A DNA stretch of 64,000 bases, taken from the NCBI GenBank assembly GCA_015680685.1, contig MNCI01002315.1, positions 248,001-312,000 on the forward strand. The letters run 5' to 3'. Below, piece after piece: positions 27,400 through 39,800 of the stretch. How positions within the stretch are numbered: the stretch's first letter is position 1; each line of letters begins with the position of its first letter. The stretch is from Gnetum montanum (Eukaryota > Plantae > Gnetophyta). The translations under genes were made by a program, and so were the position numbers. The notes beneath the pieces were generated by a model, which searched no databases, had not been told where the DNA came from, and saw nothing but the letters and a program-made list of their open reading frames with translations.

Positions 27400-27990
27400 T
27401 AGATGCTGCAAACACTATTGCCATCAATTAAAAGACTATTGTAGAACAGCAAGCAATTATGATGGTACCAAAAATAAAAATAAATAAATGCTTGCATGGA
27501 TTAGAGTTAAAGTTAAAGAGCTCTAAATCAAAGCAAGTAAATATATGTGATATGATTGCAAGACATGAAACCATTGTTGAAGGGATTCAACTATGTGAAA
27601 ACTTTATATGAATTGATGAAGGAACAAGAGAAAATGAAGAGAACTTTGAATATCTGATTTGCAAAGGTTCTTGAAACTAAAGATGAAAATATATTTGCAG
27701 TTAATGATATCATGAAAAAAGTACATATATTAGTACATCGATTTGTTGATGCTTATCATAGCAAATAGAAAGGCAATAGACTATGTCATATTGTTGTGAA
27801 ATTTTGCAACTCAACTGCTTGAGGAACAGTTTGGCTTAATCGTAGCAACTTGATAGGATAAAAATGGGATAAATGAACATATGATGTGATAAGAGCTTGC
27901 ATAGAAAAGAGAAGAATGGAAAAATGTAAAAGCAACACAAGTAAAGGGAAAAATAGCCTTTCTTGGATGCAAAGTACATTGTTGTATTCA
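27400..27990 (+). mobile_element. Possible ORF1 remnant of a non-LTR retrotransposon (coiled-coil/RRM type)
   Basis: VHRFV...RLCHIVVKFCNSTA*GTVWLNRSNLIG...KGK pattern, with stops. Confidence 0.35.
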
Positions 27991-29275
27991 ATGATGAGTT
28001 TTTTTGTTTTCCCAAAAAATACCTAAACACTGTTATGGATTTATGAATATAGACAGTAGCACTGCAGAGTAATTGACTGCACTGTATAGCATTGATTTGT
28101 TTTAATGATTTTGATATTTTTAGAGTTGCTAAAGCTTGGGAAGAGGAGGATTCTGAAAATTTTGACTTACCTGATTTTATTATAATAAAATCAATGTGTT
28201 AGATTTAATAAATGAGAAAGATTGTTAGGTGGACTATCTTGCATCTATAGAAAAAGATTTAGAAAATAATCAATCTAGATAAAATTGACAAGCAAAAAAA
28301 ATATATGTGGTTGAAGATTATAACTGTTTTTTGTCTCTTGCTTTCTGTTACTTTCAGCTTAGCAATGAGACATATTATGCAAAGTCAAGAAAATTAAGAA
28401 AATTTCAATATTTAGAAAGAGATATTGCAGAACTTATATCACAGAAAAAATCTATATATGTGATGACTTTAATACCAGGTGTCAAATATGGTTGGTACAC
28501 CATAAGCTTTATTATTACCATTTTTGGGGGGAATATTAGAGAAACTAGCAGCAGGGTTTAATTCTAGTGACCAATAAAGGAATTTACGTTACTAGCTTAT
28601 TTAAGTTTTGAGTTTTGAGGTCTGAGACTAGACTTCAACAGTCTTCTGTAACTTTCGATAATCTTCAATCTTGTAGTGCACCACTACTACATTCTTCATT
28701 GTGTTACATTTGTCATGCATTTCCTCTGCATCATTTTGTGATAATAGTTTCCATGGATGACATTTGCTATATGAACCAAGATTGTGTTGAAACTCTACGT
28801 CCTTTATCTGTATCAATTAGTTATGTCCATAGTTTGTTCACATTCTGTAACTTATAGAGGATGGAATGAAGTAAACACATCTTATATAGACTTATTCAGA
28901 ATAGAGTTAATTTTAGGGGTTTCCGTACTTGCAAACCTTGAAACTCTAACATGCCTAATGAAAACGTTGTGTAAAAATGTATTAGAAGCATGGTGTTATT
29001 TATTTCATTCATAGAATGTACAATCCATGGTTTAATCATGGTAGTTATAGTTTTGTTGCATATGATGACAGCATGATCAGAGTATGGTACACTGATTATA
29101 GGAATTCTCTATGGGTTCATGTTGATTGAGTATTGAGCCTTGAAAATATTCGTGTTCAAAATTGATCCGGTCATCTTAGTTTTTTTTAGCTTTCTAAGTT
29201 TAGGAATTTTAATATATTTGATTTGCACTTTGACATGTAGTTTTTTGATCCACTAACGTTATTATTTTTAATTAG

Positions 29276-29361
29276 TTGTGCCAACTGCAGTTGCTACTGC
29301 ACTGGATATTGATTTAAGCAATGCTTCTCTTGTTTTCATCACTATTACCTTTGTGACTATG
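29276..29361 (+). CDS. Exon 3
   Basis: AG/GTAAAT boundaries; VVPTAVATALDIDLSNASLVFITITFVTM. Confidence 0.92.
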
Positions 29362-29471
29362 GTAAATATTTTTCCTTTCTTCCTGGTTCAACTATCTGAC
29401 ATAGACTTGACGTATTGTTACCTTTGCAAAGCAATCAATTTCTCTAATTATTGTTTAGTGTTGATTGGCAA

Positions 29472-29521
29472 TGTAAATCTTCAGCTCTAGTGTTTCTCCT
29501 GATATTTGCTTTTCTCTTCAA
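29472..29521 (+). CDS. Exon 4 (both splice sites non-canonical)
   Basis: CKSSALVFLLIFAFLF(K) fills the expected gap and phase; flanked by gcAA and CTaagc instead of AG and GT. Confidence 0.8.
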
Positions 29522-29833
29522 CTAAGCTCAATTTCCATTTTCCCCTAATTTTTTAATGAGATTGTAGAATTTGGTTAACTCTACTTATCTGATAATTATG
29601 GCCAACATTGTTTTCCTTGCAGTAAGAATAGGGCTGGAATGTTAATCCATTATTTATTTTTACTTTTATAATCTGTGGTTTTGTTTAATGTATTGTTTAG
29701 ACTTGTTTCTTCCACTATATATTTACGCTTTCTGAGTGTTATTATATTTTCAACACATGTAGGAATTATATTTCTGCATATACGTTGGTGATAACTGAAA
29801 AATATAATAGTTACCAATTTGGTCCTCACGCAG

Positions 29834-29901
29834 GTTGGAAACACCAAGCATAAAGCTTTTAGGAATCATTCTTGTCATATCATTTGGAATAATGTTGACA
29901 G
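29834..29901 (+). CDS. Exon 5
   Basis: cgcAG/GTgttg boundaries; LETPSIKLLGIILVISFGIMLT. Confidence 0.9.
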
Positions 29902-32111
29902 GTGTTGATGTCTTTTCTTTTCATTCTTGTATTGGTTTTTAATCTTTGCATATGTTTCTTAAAATTGCATTTTATCTATTTTTGTAATGGATGCTTCATT
30001 TGGCAAGTTAAGCAATTCTAATCTGATTCTAAAAAGTACAAATGTCATTTGTTAATGATACATCAATTTTGAGGAGTGCCAAACTGAGGGGCATAATTCT
30101 CCCATGCAACATTTCAGACACGGTATATTCTAAAGATTAACTTGAACACACTAGTTCGTTGCCACCAATTTTTGAGCTCCTTGCATCACACGTTGTTACC
30201 AACACCTGATGCATTACAAGTAGGAAAATGTACTGATAAAGCAATAATAAATTCATCATTTTTAAATACTCACAAATTAAAACTACAATAATTAATCTAT
30301 CCGAGTTATATTTAGTTGTGATATGTTTATTTCCACTTGGTCAGAAAACATGTGAAACTGGAAGCAACTGCACAAGAATCTCTTTTTATTGAGACATCAT
30401 TCAAGTTATAATTGAGTTCAATAAAATAAATGAATAAATAAGTATTCTTTTATTTATTTTACAAAGCTGGACCATGTTGCCTATTTTATTTCTATGTTGT
30501 ATTTGCAAATTGTTTAACTTTTCTTTCATGAAAATATGACTTTGGTCTATGTTTAAGTTGCCTTTTCTATTTTCTAATTGCTCATACAAGTTGAATTACA
30601 TATCACCAATTTTTCATTCAAATTTTGCAGAAAATTTCCTAATTTGTTTCCAATTTACTTTGGTTTGTGTGGATCTGTTATAATGCTTCCCATTGATTTT
30701 CTATGTTTCATGAAAATTTTTAAATAGTTTTTGTAATGGCCTGGGGTGAATTTATTTCCTTTATTTTCTTTCTTTTCCTTATAAACCTTTTATTTTTGTT
30801 TTTGTGAGGAGATGATGTTTTGTTAAAAAAAAAATTTGTTTTGCTTACGTCAGTGGAGGATGTGTTAATGCATTGTGTTAAGGCACCTATAAGTGGATTT
30901 TTTTTTTCTTTTTTCTTTTTATTTCCTTGTGGGCTGGGGAAGCCGACAAACAAACTTATTTTTCTTCTTTGCATCCCTTGTTTGCTGGCTCAACTTTGTT
31001 AGATTTTTGCCATGAATTTAATATTGAGTGTGCTCTAACCTCCTTCAGTGATTTGTAGTATGTTGTTTTTAGCACCATGGGTCTCCAACTTTAATCATAT
31101 GGAAGGGATCTTGAGTCACAAGTATATCTTTGTATGCTAGGCGAGCTTCAAGCATCACACGTCTCAATTCGTGGATACTTAACTTCTTCTGTCAGACATC
31201 AGAGTATTCACAGCATTGAGCACCTTGACATGGCCCTATTGTTGCCTCTGTGGGAGGATTAGCTAGGTCTAAGAAATTGGATGAAGGTATTGGCTGAGGG
31301 TGCAAATGTAGATGCTGTGTTGAGAGGTCCACGAAGGATCATAGAAATTGAGCTCATTGAGATGAGAGTAGGGTTGGAAACCACTAATACTAATAGAATA
31401 TTCCATTCCAAGGAGTTGGAAAAGAGTCAAGAGGAGGTATAATGGTTAAGGACAAAACTTTGAGATTTTAGATTATTGGTTTCAACACCATCCATAGTGA
31501 CACTAGAAGTTTCTATTCAAAAACTGAAAGAAAACATTTTTAAAGAGATAAAATGAAGGGCAAATTTTTAAAGAAGTGCTTAAAAATAAGATTAAAAATG
31601 ACATCTCGTCATAGCATGGAAGAGGAAATGTAGTGAGAAAGAGAAAATCGTGGTGGAACTCTCGTAGAAGGTAGCCAGGTTGAAAGGCAAAGCTAAAATA
31701 ATCCATAAGTTCAGAGATATGTGGTGTTGTATGCATAAAAAATTGATAGAATCTCAGGAGTGAACTTGTGGAATGGGTCACAAAAGAGAGACATGAACTC
31801 ATTAGGATTCAGGTGATTTGAGTAACTTACTTGAAATGTGGAGCTTGGTTAATTGAGAAAGTTGGTAAGGTTCATAGATGAAAGGTAAATGCGAGAACAA
31901 AAAGAAGTCAAGGAGAGGTGGCAAACTTTGAGAACCAAGTTATGGAAGCCGAAGAGGATGTGGACACCAAAAGAAAAAGATGCTTGTACATGGTTGGTGT
32001 TAAGAATTGACATGTTTATCGACCTCAACGTGTAATCTTGAAGTTAAATATGTATAACCATCACTATTTACATAACTAAATAAACAATTTGTTAGTTTCT
32101 AAATGAAGGGA

Positions 32112-35100
32112 TGTAACACCCTGTTCGTAGGGAGCAAGAGCTAGCACCAAAAGCCCCCAAAATGTTGGCTGAAAAATGCAAGGATGACATTTTTTTAACA
32201 GCAAGCATACCAGCATTGACAACAAGCATTTCAGCATAAAATGTAAATTATAAACTCAGAGAATTATCTAATGCAAATACTAGCCCAAGGATCTAGGAGG
32301 AAGAGAATGCTAATATGACGATTGACATCTTTTGATATACACAATGCATCTAAGTGCAATACAAATGTCAAAACAACGAAGCTTGGAATCATATCCAAAG
32401 CTTTCTAGTTCAACTACAAGCAAATTTATTCAACCATTTTAGCTTAATAGTCTTAAATTATGCACAGCCAAATATAATTAGTCATATGGAGAGTTCAGCT
32501 GTAGGAAAACATAGTATTCATAATATAGGTAGTTTGCAATAGAAGAAAACTATTGCAACCATATTGATTTCTTTCCTGTAACAGTGATACAAAAGCTTTA
32601 ACTTCTCATACAAGATGTACATGAGCCAAAAGTTGAAGATCTATCTTAGAATGTCATATTCCAATTCTTCCAACATGTTGCCTGCATCTTAGATTTTAGT
32701 TTCAACCAGTACTAATTTTTTGAAATAAAAGACAATCATGAAAAACAAACAGCCACTATAAAAATCTATGCAAGACTCTGCCAACATGGAGTACAGATCT
32801 GTATTTTCTTTTTCTGATTTAAAGATCAAACTCAAATTTTTCTCAAACCATAAAAGTACATCTGATCCTGTTCATCAACAAATGTATTTAGCCAAATAGA
32901 TGGGCACAAGAAAGATATAAATTAGTAATCTCAGATCTATTCAATGGCATAATAATATTTTCTATTTTTCCAGCAACACACAATACAATATCATCTCAAT
33001 TAAACTCTTCTAAGTTGAAATTTTATAAGGCACACTACTAAAATTTAATTAAACTATCTGATATTCCAACAACAGAGAATAGAAAAATCACCAATGTTAC
33101 AATCATAAATTAATACTCTAGATTTCTCCTACTCCATTGGACTCATAAAATTAGACTTGAGAAGGTATACCAATAGGAATCAATATTCAGATCCAAGGAT
33201 TAAGCATTCAAAGGGGATCATCAAGCCAATTCCAACAAGAAATTAAGAATTCAACAATTCTTTAGATTTGAGAAATTCAACAATTCAATTGTCTTACCAC
33301 TTTCTAAAAATGAGGTGTTAGCCTAGTGGTAAGACTCTTGATTTGGACACTGTCATTGGGTTGATTCTGGGGGGCACTACTCATTTATAAACTTCTATAT
33401 ATCTTGGGATGTACCTAAGTTTTAATTATTTTGGGTTTCAACAACCTCCCTCACTTTCTGCTGGCGATATCAATCCTCATATTAGGGATCCTTGGCCCTT
33501 GTTGGCAAATCTTTATGCCAAAAATGCTGCAAATCATTAGGGGTATTTCTGAATCATTATAGAAATAACTCTCATCCAGGTCATTTGGTCTTGAGAATGC
33601 AGAGGACAGGAAGATAGATCTAACAACAAAATCAAGGCTTCAACAATCTAAGATCTCAACAACAATATTGTCAAAGCATCAAAAGGTATTCAAGTCAAAG
33701 AAAAGAGAAAATAAAATGAATTGAGATAATTAGCCATTGTGGTTCATCACCCAACATAGCAAAGAAGGATCATCTTATCGCCTTGCCTAGATTTTTGAAT
33801 TACCAAGCGCAATTTATTAGTATGTTGGATTATTATTGCTCACTATCCTGTGGAGCAACGATCGTCTTCTTTTATTATGCTTATTTTCTGTTTTAGCCAC
33901 ACAAGTTCTTTGTTGTCTTCTACAGTAGCCACAGTCTATCTTTGCCATAGTCTTCTTTTGTTGCTGCCCTTTTTTTCCAGCCACACTCCATTGTGGTTGT
34001 GTTCTCCCTCTTCTTCTTCTTCTTTATCTTTTTTTTAATCTCTCTTCCACCCCTCTCTCTTTATACTAGTGGAATTCAAGATATAATAGTTTATTTCTTG
34101 AAATTGATTCTTTGTTGGAATATGTTCTCCTTTTTATTTTCTTTTTAAACCTTTTCCATACTAACAAGTCATGAGTTCAATTATTTCCATGATCATTGTT
34201 AAAAATTATTTAAAAACATATTCTAATAGGTTCAATTCCTAGATTTGCAATTTTCAATATTTTAGAATTCTAATTTATCAGATCTCAGGTTCAATTCTTC
34301 TTGATCTGACATAACAGAAAATTAATAATTATAAAATATTCAAACATAACATCCATCTCTGTTGCTTCTTTTTATCTTGACAACATATCATTTCTAATTT
34401 TACCAGGAATAAATATGCAGCTGTGTTTCATTTTACAACAACATCCTTTCTTCTAAATCATGTCACAATGTACAAAGAAAGAGGTTTCAATGCAAAAACA
34501 CAATAAGTTGAAAGTCTAGTATATAACAAAATAAGTTGATAGTTGAGGACATAAAATCAGGTAAAACATCTTATCTTTCAGGCCATCAGCAATGCAACAT
34601 GTTCATTGCTTATTATTGTATTGTTTTATGATGCCTTGAAAGGTCATGTTATGACCTTTCTATTGCCATGAAAGGGTTTCTTATATTCCAATGACTCATG
34701 AAATTCTAAAAACTAATGCATCAAAAACATACACAACACTCCTCATGCTTATTATTAAAAAAAAAAAAAACAACACAATAATGATATACATAATATATCT
34801 TATTCATAGGTTAGGTTCCTTCAACTTGATTCATAGGTCAAGGTCCTCAACAATGAGTATTTTTCATTTTCTTTTTAAATTATTTATATTGCAATATATG
34901 GTTCAGCCCTTAGAGGTACATCATAGAGTTTCTTTCTCTATTTCTCTTTTATTATCCTGATATTCTGGCTGAAATATATTAAAATAGATTTTCTTTTCCA
35001 TATATATGTTTTTAAGCATTTCCAGCATGCATTTTAAGCATATTTCTCATACAACAAGCATTTAAGCTTTTAAACATGATATAGAAATAGAATATATAAA

Positions 35101-35265
35101 AAACAAGCCAACATTCAAAATTTATTGATGTTCCAATCAATCACTTCTACCACAATCCAATGTCAATAGCAAAATAAACACACACACGAGCATCATAGCA
35201 AAACACATATGCACAAGGACTTACAATCATCAATGCCAAAACTCAAGGAGAAGTTGTTTGTTACA
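32112..35265. mobile_element. Old ~3.15-kb solo LTR or LTR-bounded remnant in intron 5
   Basis: TGTAACA...TGTTACA inverted termini with AGGGA/AGAGA flanks (5-bp TSD with one mismatch). Confidence 0.55.
33313..33450 (+). mobile_element. tRNA-derived SINE-like remnant
   Basis: Box A TAGCCTAGTGGTAA, box B-like GGGTTGATTC, body shared with 3595-3790. Confidence 0.5.
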
Positions 35266-37429
35266 AGAGACATGTGAGATTGTGTATGGCCGTGTTGTTT
35301 GCTCAGTTTGAGGAATATAAGGGCATTCTCCATTGCCTTTAAGCGTATACAAACATACATTGTCTATCAAATTGGTCTGTGGTTGCAGGTGTCTTTCTCA
35401 GTTTGGGAGTTTTGTTTTTACGTTCTTGGTTATGGCGTTATGTATGATGTTTCACTATGAATTCCATTGTGGTAAACCTTCTTGTACTTGTAACTATGAG
35501 TCTTATCTTATGGTTGTTTATCCTTATAGTGCAGTTACTATAACTTGCATAGTCTTAATATGTTGTTTTTGTACCCAAACTTATTGTTTCTTCGACATAG
35601 TTTGTTCATCTGTATTATAACTGTGGTTTTAGAGTTATACTTTGTCTGCCGTTTTGCTTATTCTAATAGCCTTATTCTAAACCCTTATCAAATTAAGTTC
35701 ATTTATTCTTGGGCATCTCAAATTCCAATGGTTAGAAACATTGTTGTGCATGCACATAGCGTATTTGAAGTGAACTTGCGTCAGACTTCTTTAGAGTTAG
35801 AAGAATGCAAATGGGAGTTGATAAAATCATGAAGATTGAGGCTTTGAATGATGAGCTTAACAAGCAGAGGAGAGGCTTTGTGGTAGAGAAATGCCAATTC
35901 CATGTTAATATAAATTTGCTTAAGGGATAGGGGGTAAGCCTTGAGCAACATTTGCGGCATTTTCAAGTTCTTTAACTATTTGTCATTGACATTCTGATGA
36001 TGTCAGCTTAGCAAGCGGGCACCTAGAGATTTTCAAGGCCTGAACCTTCACCTGTTGGGGTTTAATTGTGATTTTGTATAAGTGACATGTTCACAATATT
36101 TTTTTCGATACACAATTGTAAACTCCTTTGCATGACTCTGCTTTAATGTCATGTCCCAAGTTTTGTGTTTACAAACTTAGGGACTAGCTTTGAACTAAGT
36201 GTAGTTTTCATTGGGCTAGTTACCTTCTAGGATTCCAATGTAATCCATAGTTGTTCAGGTTGAACTTTAAGAGACTCATGATTACTAAGTCCATTGTCCA
36301 ATAAGATTTCAAAGCATCTAGTATGTTAACAAAAGTTCATTAACTTTTAACGTAGTTACGTAAAAATATATTTTTTAACATAATGTTATAAGAGGATTCA
36401 ATAAGCCAATAAAAATAACAAAAGCATGACTAAATAGAAACATTTGGCTTCTAACACTTGGAATATCAAAGTACAATGACTTTTCACCTTCCCAATTTTC
36501 TAAAAATCCAACTGCATAAAAACTATCAAAATACTAAATATGTTATAAAACTTTATCAGAAAGTCTTCTTTCAATATTTAGAAATTGAGGTTAAAAAGAA
36601 TCAATTTCCTATTTGGTTTGAACTTTTCGTGAGTGATTGTTATATTCTTAGCATTTAAAAAGGCAAAGTTTGACTTATCTCTTGCTTGTTTCACCTTATT
36701 CCATTCATCATTTTCATAAAGATTTTTTTTGAATAAAATTTTCATTCGAACAAATTTTTTCTTCTTTCAAATTACTTATATTATAACACATCTTTGTCTT
36801 TTAATTTAATTTAATTTTTTGGTTGTATGGAAGTTCTTCACTATGACATGTCTTAGGTACTTGTCTTTATTGTTTGGGAATATGCCTTCCCTGTTAAAAG
36901 AATTTGAAAATTCTTCTTAAGAAATTATTTGTCATTTTTTAACGTTGGAGACTCTCAAGATTTAATGGGTTTCCCTTTCTTTTTCTTCTCCTTTAATCAT
37001 TTATGATATTAATTGTTCAACGGCTTCCTTGCATATGTGCTTACAGAGTTAAGCTTGGTTTCTATTAAAACAAATTTGTTTCGCACATCAGTTATTTTTG
37101 GGACATCATTATTTTGCTTGTTAGAAATGATAACAGGATTATGTGAACCACAAACAAGATCTTTTTGGTAGTGAATACGATTGTACAAAACAAGAACCAA
37201 AACCTCAAGGCAGTTTTGCAAGGAGTTAATAATATATTGGTATTGCAAGTGTTAGAATGCCTTGGTATTTGATGTACCAGAATACCGGTGAAGCAATTGA
37301 ACTGTACTAGAGAGGCATGATTCTTCATAACACAAAAAATTTTAATAAATAAGTGTATATTAACAAATTATAATTATAACGATCCAAGACATTTGATAAA
37401 CCCTAGTTATTATAATTGTGAATATTACA

Positions 37430-37800
37430 TCATATAGTTATCCACCGTTGTACATGGTTTGGCTCATAAATGAACCAATGTTGAGATTGATATTTCCTAA
37501 CATTACCATCCTTAATTCATGTCCTTTCGCATGAACTTGACCAATTATACATGCAAGTGACTGCATTTTAGCTATGTGTTCATCTACAACTTTCTGCTCC
37601 ACCTTTTCTTGGTCTCTAGCCTTTGAAATGCCTAGGATGGCAAACAAGCATCTAGCTTTGAGTAAGCTGTTTTTGCTTAGCAATTATTTCATCCTGCTTT
37701 GCATGTGGTGGCTGTGTTATGGATGTAATGGTCATCTCCAACTCTTAAATTATATTTTTATGTCAACTTTTCTTTGCTGTTGGAGCCATGACAAAATTTT
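37430..37800 (-). mobile_element. Possible Copia gag fragment
   Basis: KVVDEHIAKMQSLA...MVMLGNI resembles the UBN2-type gag pattern. Confidence 0.4.
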
Positions 37801-38772
37801 TGGTCTTTGATGGTAATTGTCATAATTTTTGATCAACATCTTTTAGGCTGCCACTATTTCTGAGATCTATCAAGTGAGATCCTTTCTTCTGCTATTGTTG
37901 CTAGCTTTAGTTTTGTCAGTTGATACCCTTGTTGCCACTGTTGCTACAAATTAGATCTGCTTCTCAGATCTGTTGATTGGAAGCCTAGCTGTTGTTACTG
38001 CCACGTAACCTTTGCTGTTATTTTTGCCACTCAGATCTATTAATTGAAATATTTGCTGCTCCTGCTGTGCCATTGGCGTTAATGTTGCTCCCCAGAGTCC
38101 ATGTCGCTATTTAATCCAAAACCATCACATGTATTTAATGAAGTCATATTGAAGGCAAACTACTTGAATAGTATCAGGCCTTGTTGCAGGGAAAATTACT
38201 TAATAGCTGCTATTCTTCAATATTTGTGGTGCATCATTAGCAGAGTATGAATGCGATCTCATGATTTGTGAGTGGAAACAAGTAGATGAAACAAAATTGC
38301 TCATGAGTATTGCTAATGTCTGCTGTGTAATTGAAACAACATTGAAGATAAACACCACATTTTTCTAAAATGTCTTGCATACGAACACATTAGACATAAG
38401 TGGCACATTATAGTTAACAATACGGTAGATTTTTTCCAAATCTTACCTAGAAAATTTGCTAATTTTGTAAAGATGTTTTCAAAACTCATAGCATTTATAG
38501 TTAGTGTTCAATAGATCTAGAGTGTACTGACATAATAGAATTTCAGTTTCAGTTTTATTAAGGTCCTGGTCTACTTAGAAAAGTATTAAACTCATATCCT
38601 CTTTGAAATGCATGTTAATTTTTAAAATTATTTTGCTGTAATTTTTTATCTGTAAATATTCAATATAATTATGGTAAAAATGTTATGGCTTATTTATCAT
38701 GTTTTTGTAAAATTAATACATTTTTATGACTAAAAAGGGAAACGTGTGATACATTGATTTGATTCCTTTCAG

Positions 38773-38873
38773 TTGCAAAGTCTACGGAATTTAATTTCTG
38801 GGGTTTTCTCTTTGTGATGCTTGCTGCCATAATGGCTGGACTTAGGTGGAATCTTACACAGATTCTACTGCAG
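38773..38873 (+). CDS. Exon 6
   Basis: tttcAG/GTACAA boundaries; VAKSTEFNFWGFLFVMLAAIMAGLRWNLTQILLQ. Confidence 0.92.
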
Positions 38874-39182
38874 GTACAAGAAGTATTTTGTTAATCTATC
38901 ATTTTTTTTGGGTAACTAGAAAGTATGTTTCTTAAATCACACTGTGAAACAATCAGTGTTTTGTTTCATATCTTGTTTCTTGCTATAATGTAAGAAGATG
39001 CTGGAATTAGTTTGTTTAATGAACTTTACCCTTTTTTTTTTCCCATTTTGGTTTATCATTTCAAAGAAAGCTTAAACTGCATGTATCGTTTTTTTTCTTT
39101 ATAAAGTTTTGTATAAAGATTGCTAACTAAATTTTCTTGTCTTAATGCATTACTGGACATCTACTGCTGTCTGCATAAAAAG

Positions 39183-39195
39183 AATGAAAAATTTG
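39183..39195 (+). CDS. 13-nt micro-exon 7 (donor mutated)
   Basis: AG|AAT GAA AAA TTT G|atcagt = NEKF(G), matching the KExxG linker; a 3n+1 exon is required by the phase between exons 6 and 8. Confidence 0.65.
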
Positions 39196-39352
39196 ATCAG
39201 TGGATGGATTCTTGTCTTTTTTGTATTTGCTTTTGAACATTTCATTCATTGGCAAAATTGTTAGTATGAAATATGAGTCTGATTTCATGCATTTAGTTAT
39301 TACTGGCTTGTTGCAACTTTTAAATAATGTAATTGTAAAAATAATTCTGCAG

Positions 39353-39537
39353 GATTGACAAATCCTTTTGCAACAATGAGTTATCTTACACCTGTTATGG
39401 CGTTGATAACTGCGGTATTTTCTTTAATGACAGAACCTTGGTCTAGTCTCTCTAAGACACGCTACTTTGATGATTCTCAACATGTTATTGAGAGTTGCAT
39501 GCTAATGCTTATTGGAGGGTCATTAGCATTTTTTATG
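39353..39537 (+). CDS. Exon 8
   Basis: tgcAG/GTATTT boundaries; GLTNPFATMSYLTPVMALITAVFSLMTEPW...MLIGGSLAFFM. Confidence 0.92.
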
Positions 39538-39709
39538 GTATTTTGTTACAAGCCAATAACGACCTTGAATTTCTTTCAATCAGAATACGTTATTTCCTGG
39601 TTCATGGCTTGATGAGTGAAGATTCAAAAATGAAATCTAAAATCTCACTTGAAATGTTGTTTCTTACAATTACTGATTATTGAGGGAGGTTTTATTGTTG
39701 CTATTTCAG

Positions 39710-39796
39710 GTACTATGTGAGTATCTACTCATATCAGCCACAAGTGCGGTGACATTTACAGTGGCAGGAATAGTTAAGGAAGTTGTTACAATAGTT
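39710..39796 (+). CDS. Exon 9
   Basis: tttcAG/GTAA boundaries; VLCEYLLISATSAVTFTVAGIVKEVVTIV. Confidence 0.92.
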
Positions 39797-39800
39797 GTAA

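Larger units (their letters stand above)
25563..39796 (+). pseudogene. Nucleotide-sugar/phosphate translocator (TPT family, At1g06470/SLC35C2-like), probably pseudogenised; 3' exons lie beyond the window
   Basis: Nine exons in consistent phase encoding ILLWFTLSTCLTLYNK, KFPAPLLM, VVPTAVATALDIDLSN, CKSSALVFLLIFAF, LETPSIKLLGII, VAKSTEFNFWGF, GLTNPFATMSYLTPVM, VLCEYLLISATSAVTFTVAGIVKEVVTIV; lesions are listed in the findings. Confidence 0.85.

Noticed and set aside
33313-33380. Possible tRNA gene
   Set aside because: Cloverleaf and T-loop are degenerate, and it continues into a repeat body, so a SINE is more likely
29472-39195. Joint skipping of exon 4 (50 nt) and the micro-exon (13 nt), 63 nt in total, might preserve the frame
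   Set aside because: Exons 5-6 would be read out of frame and hit TAA early in exon 6
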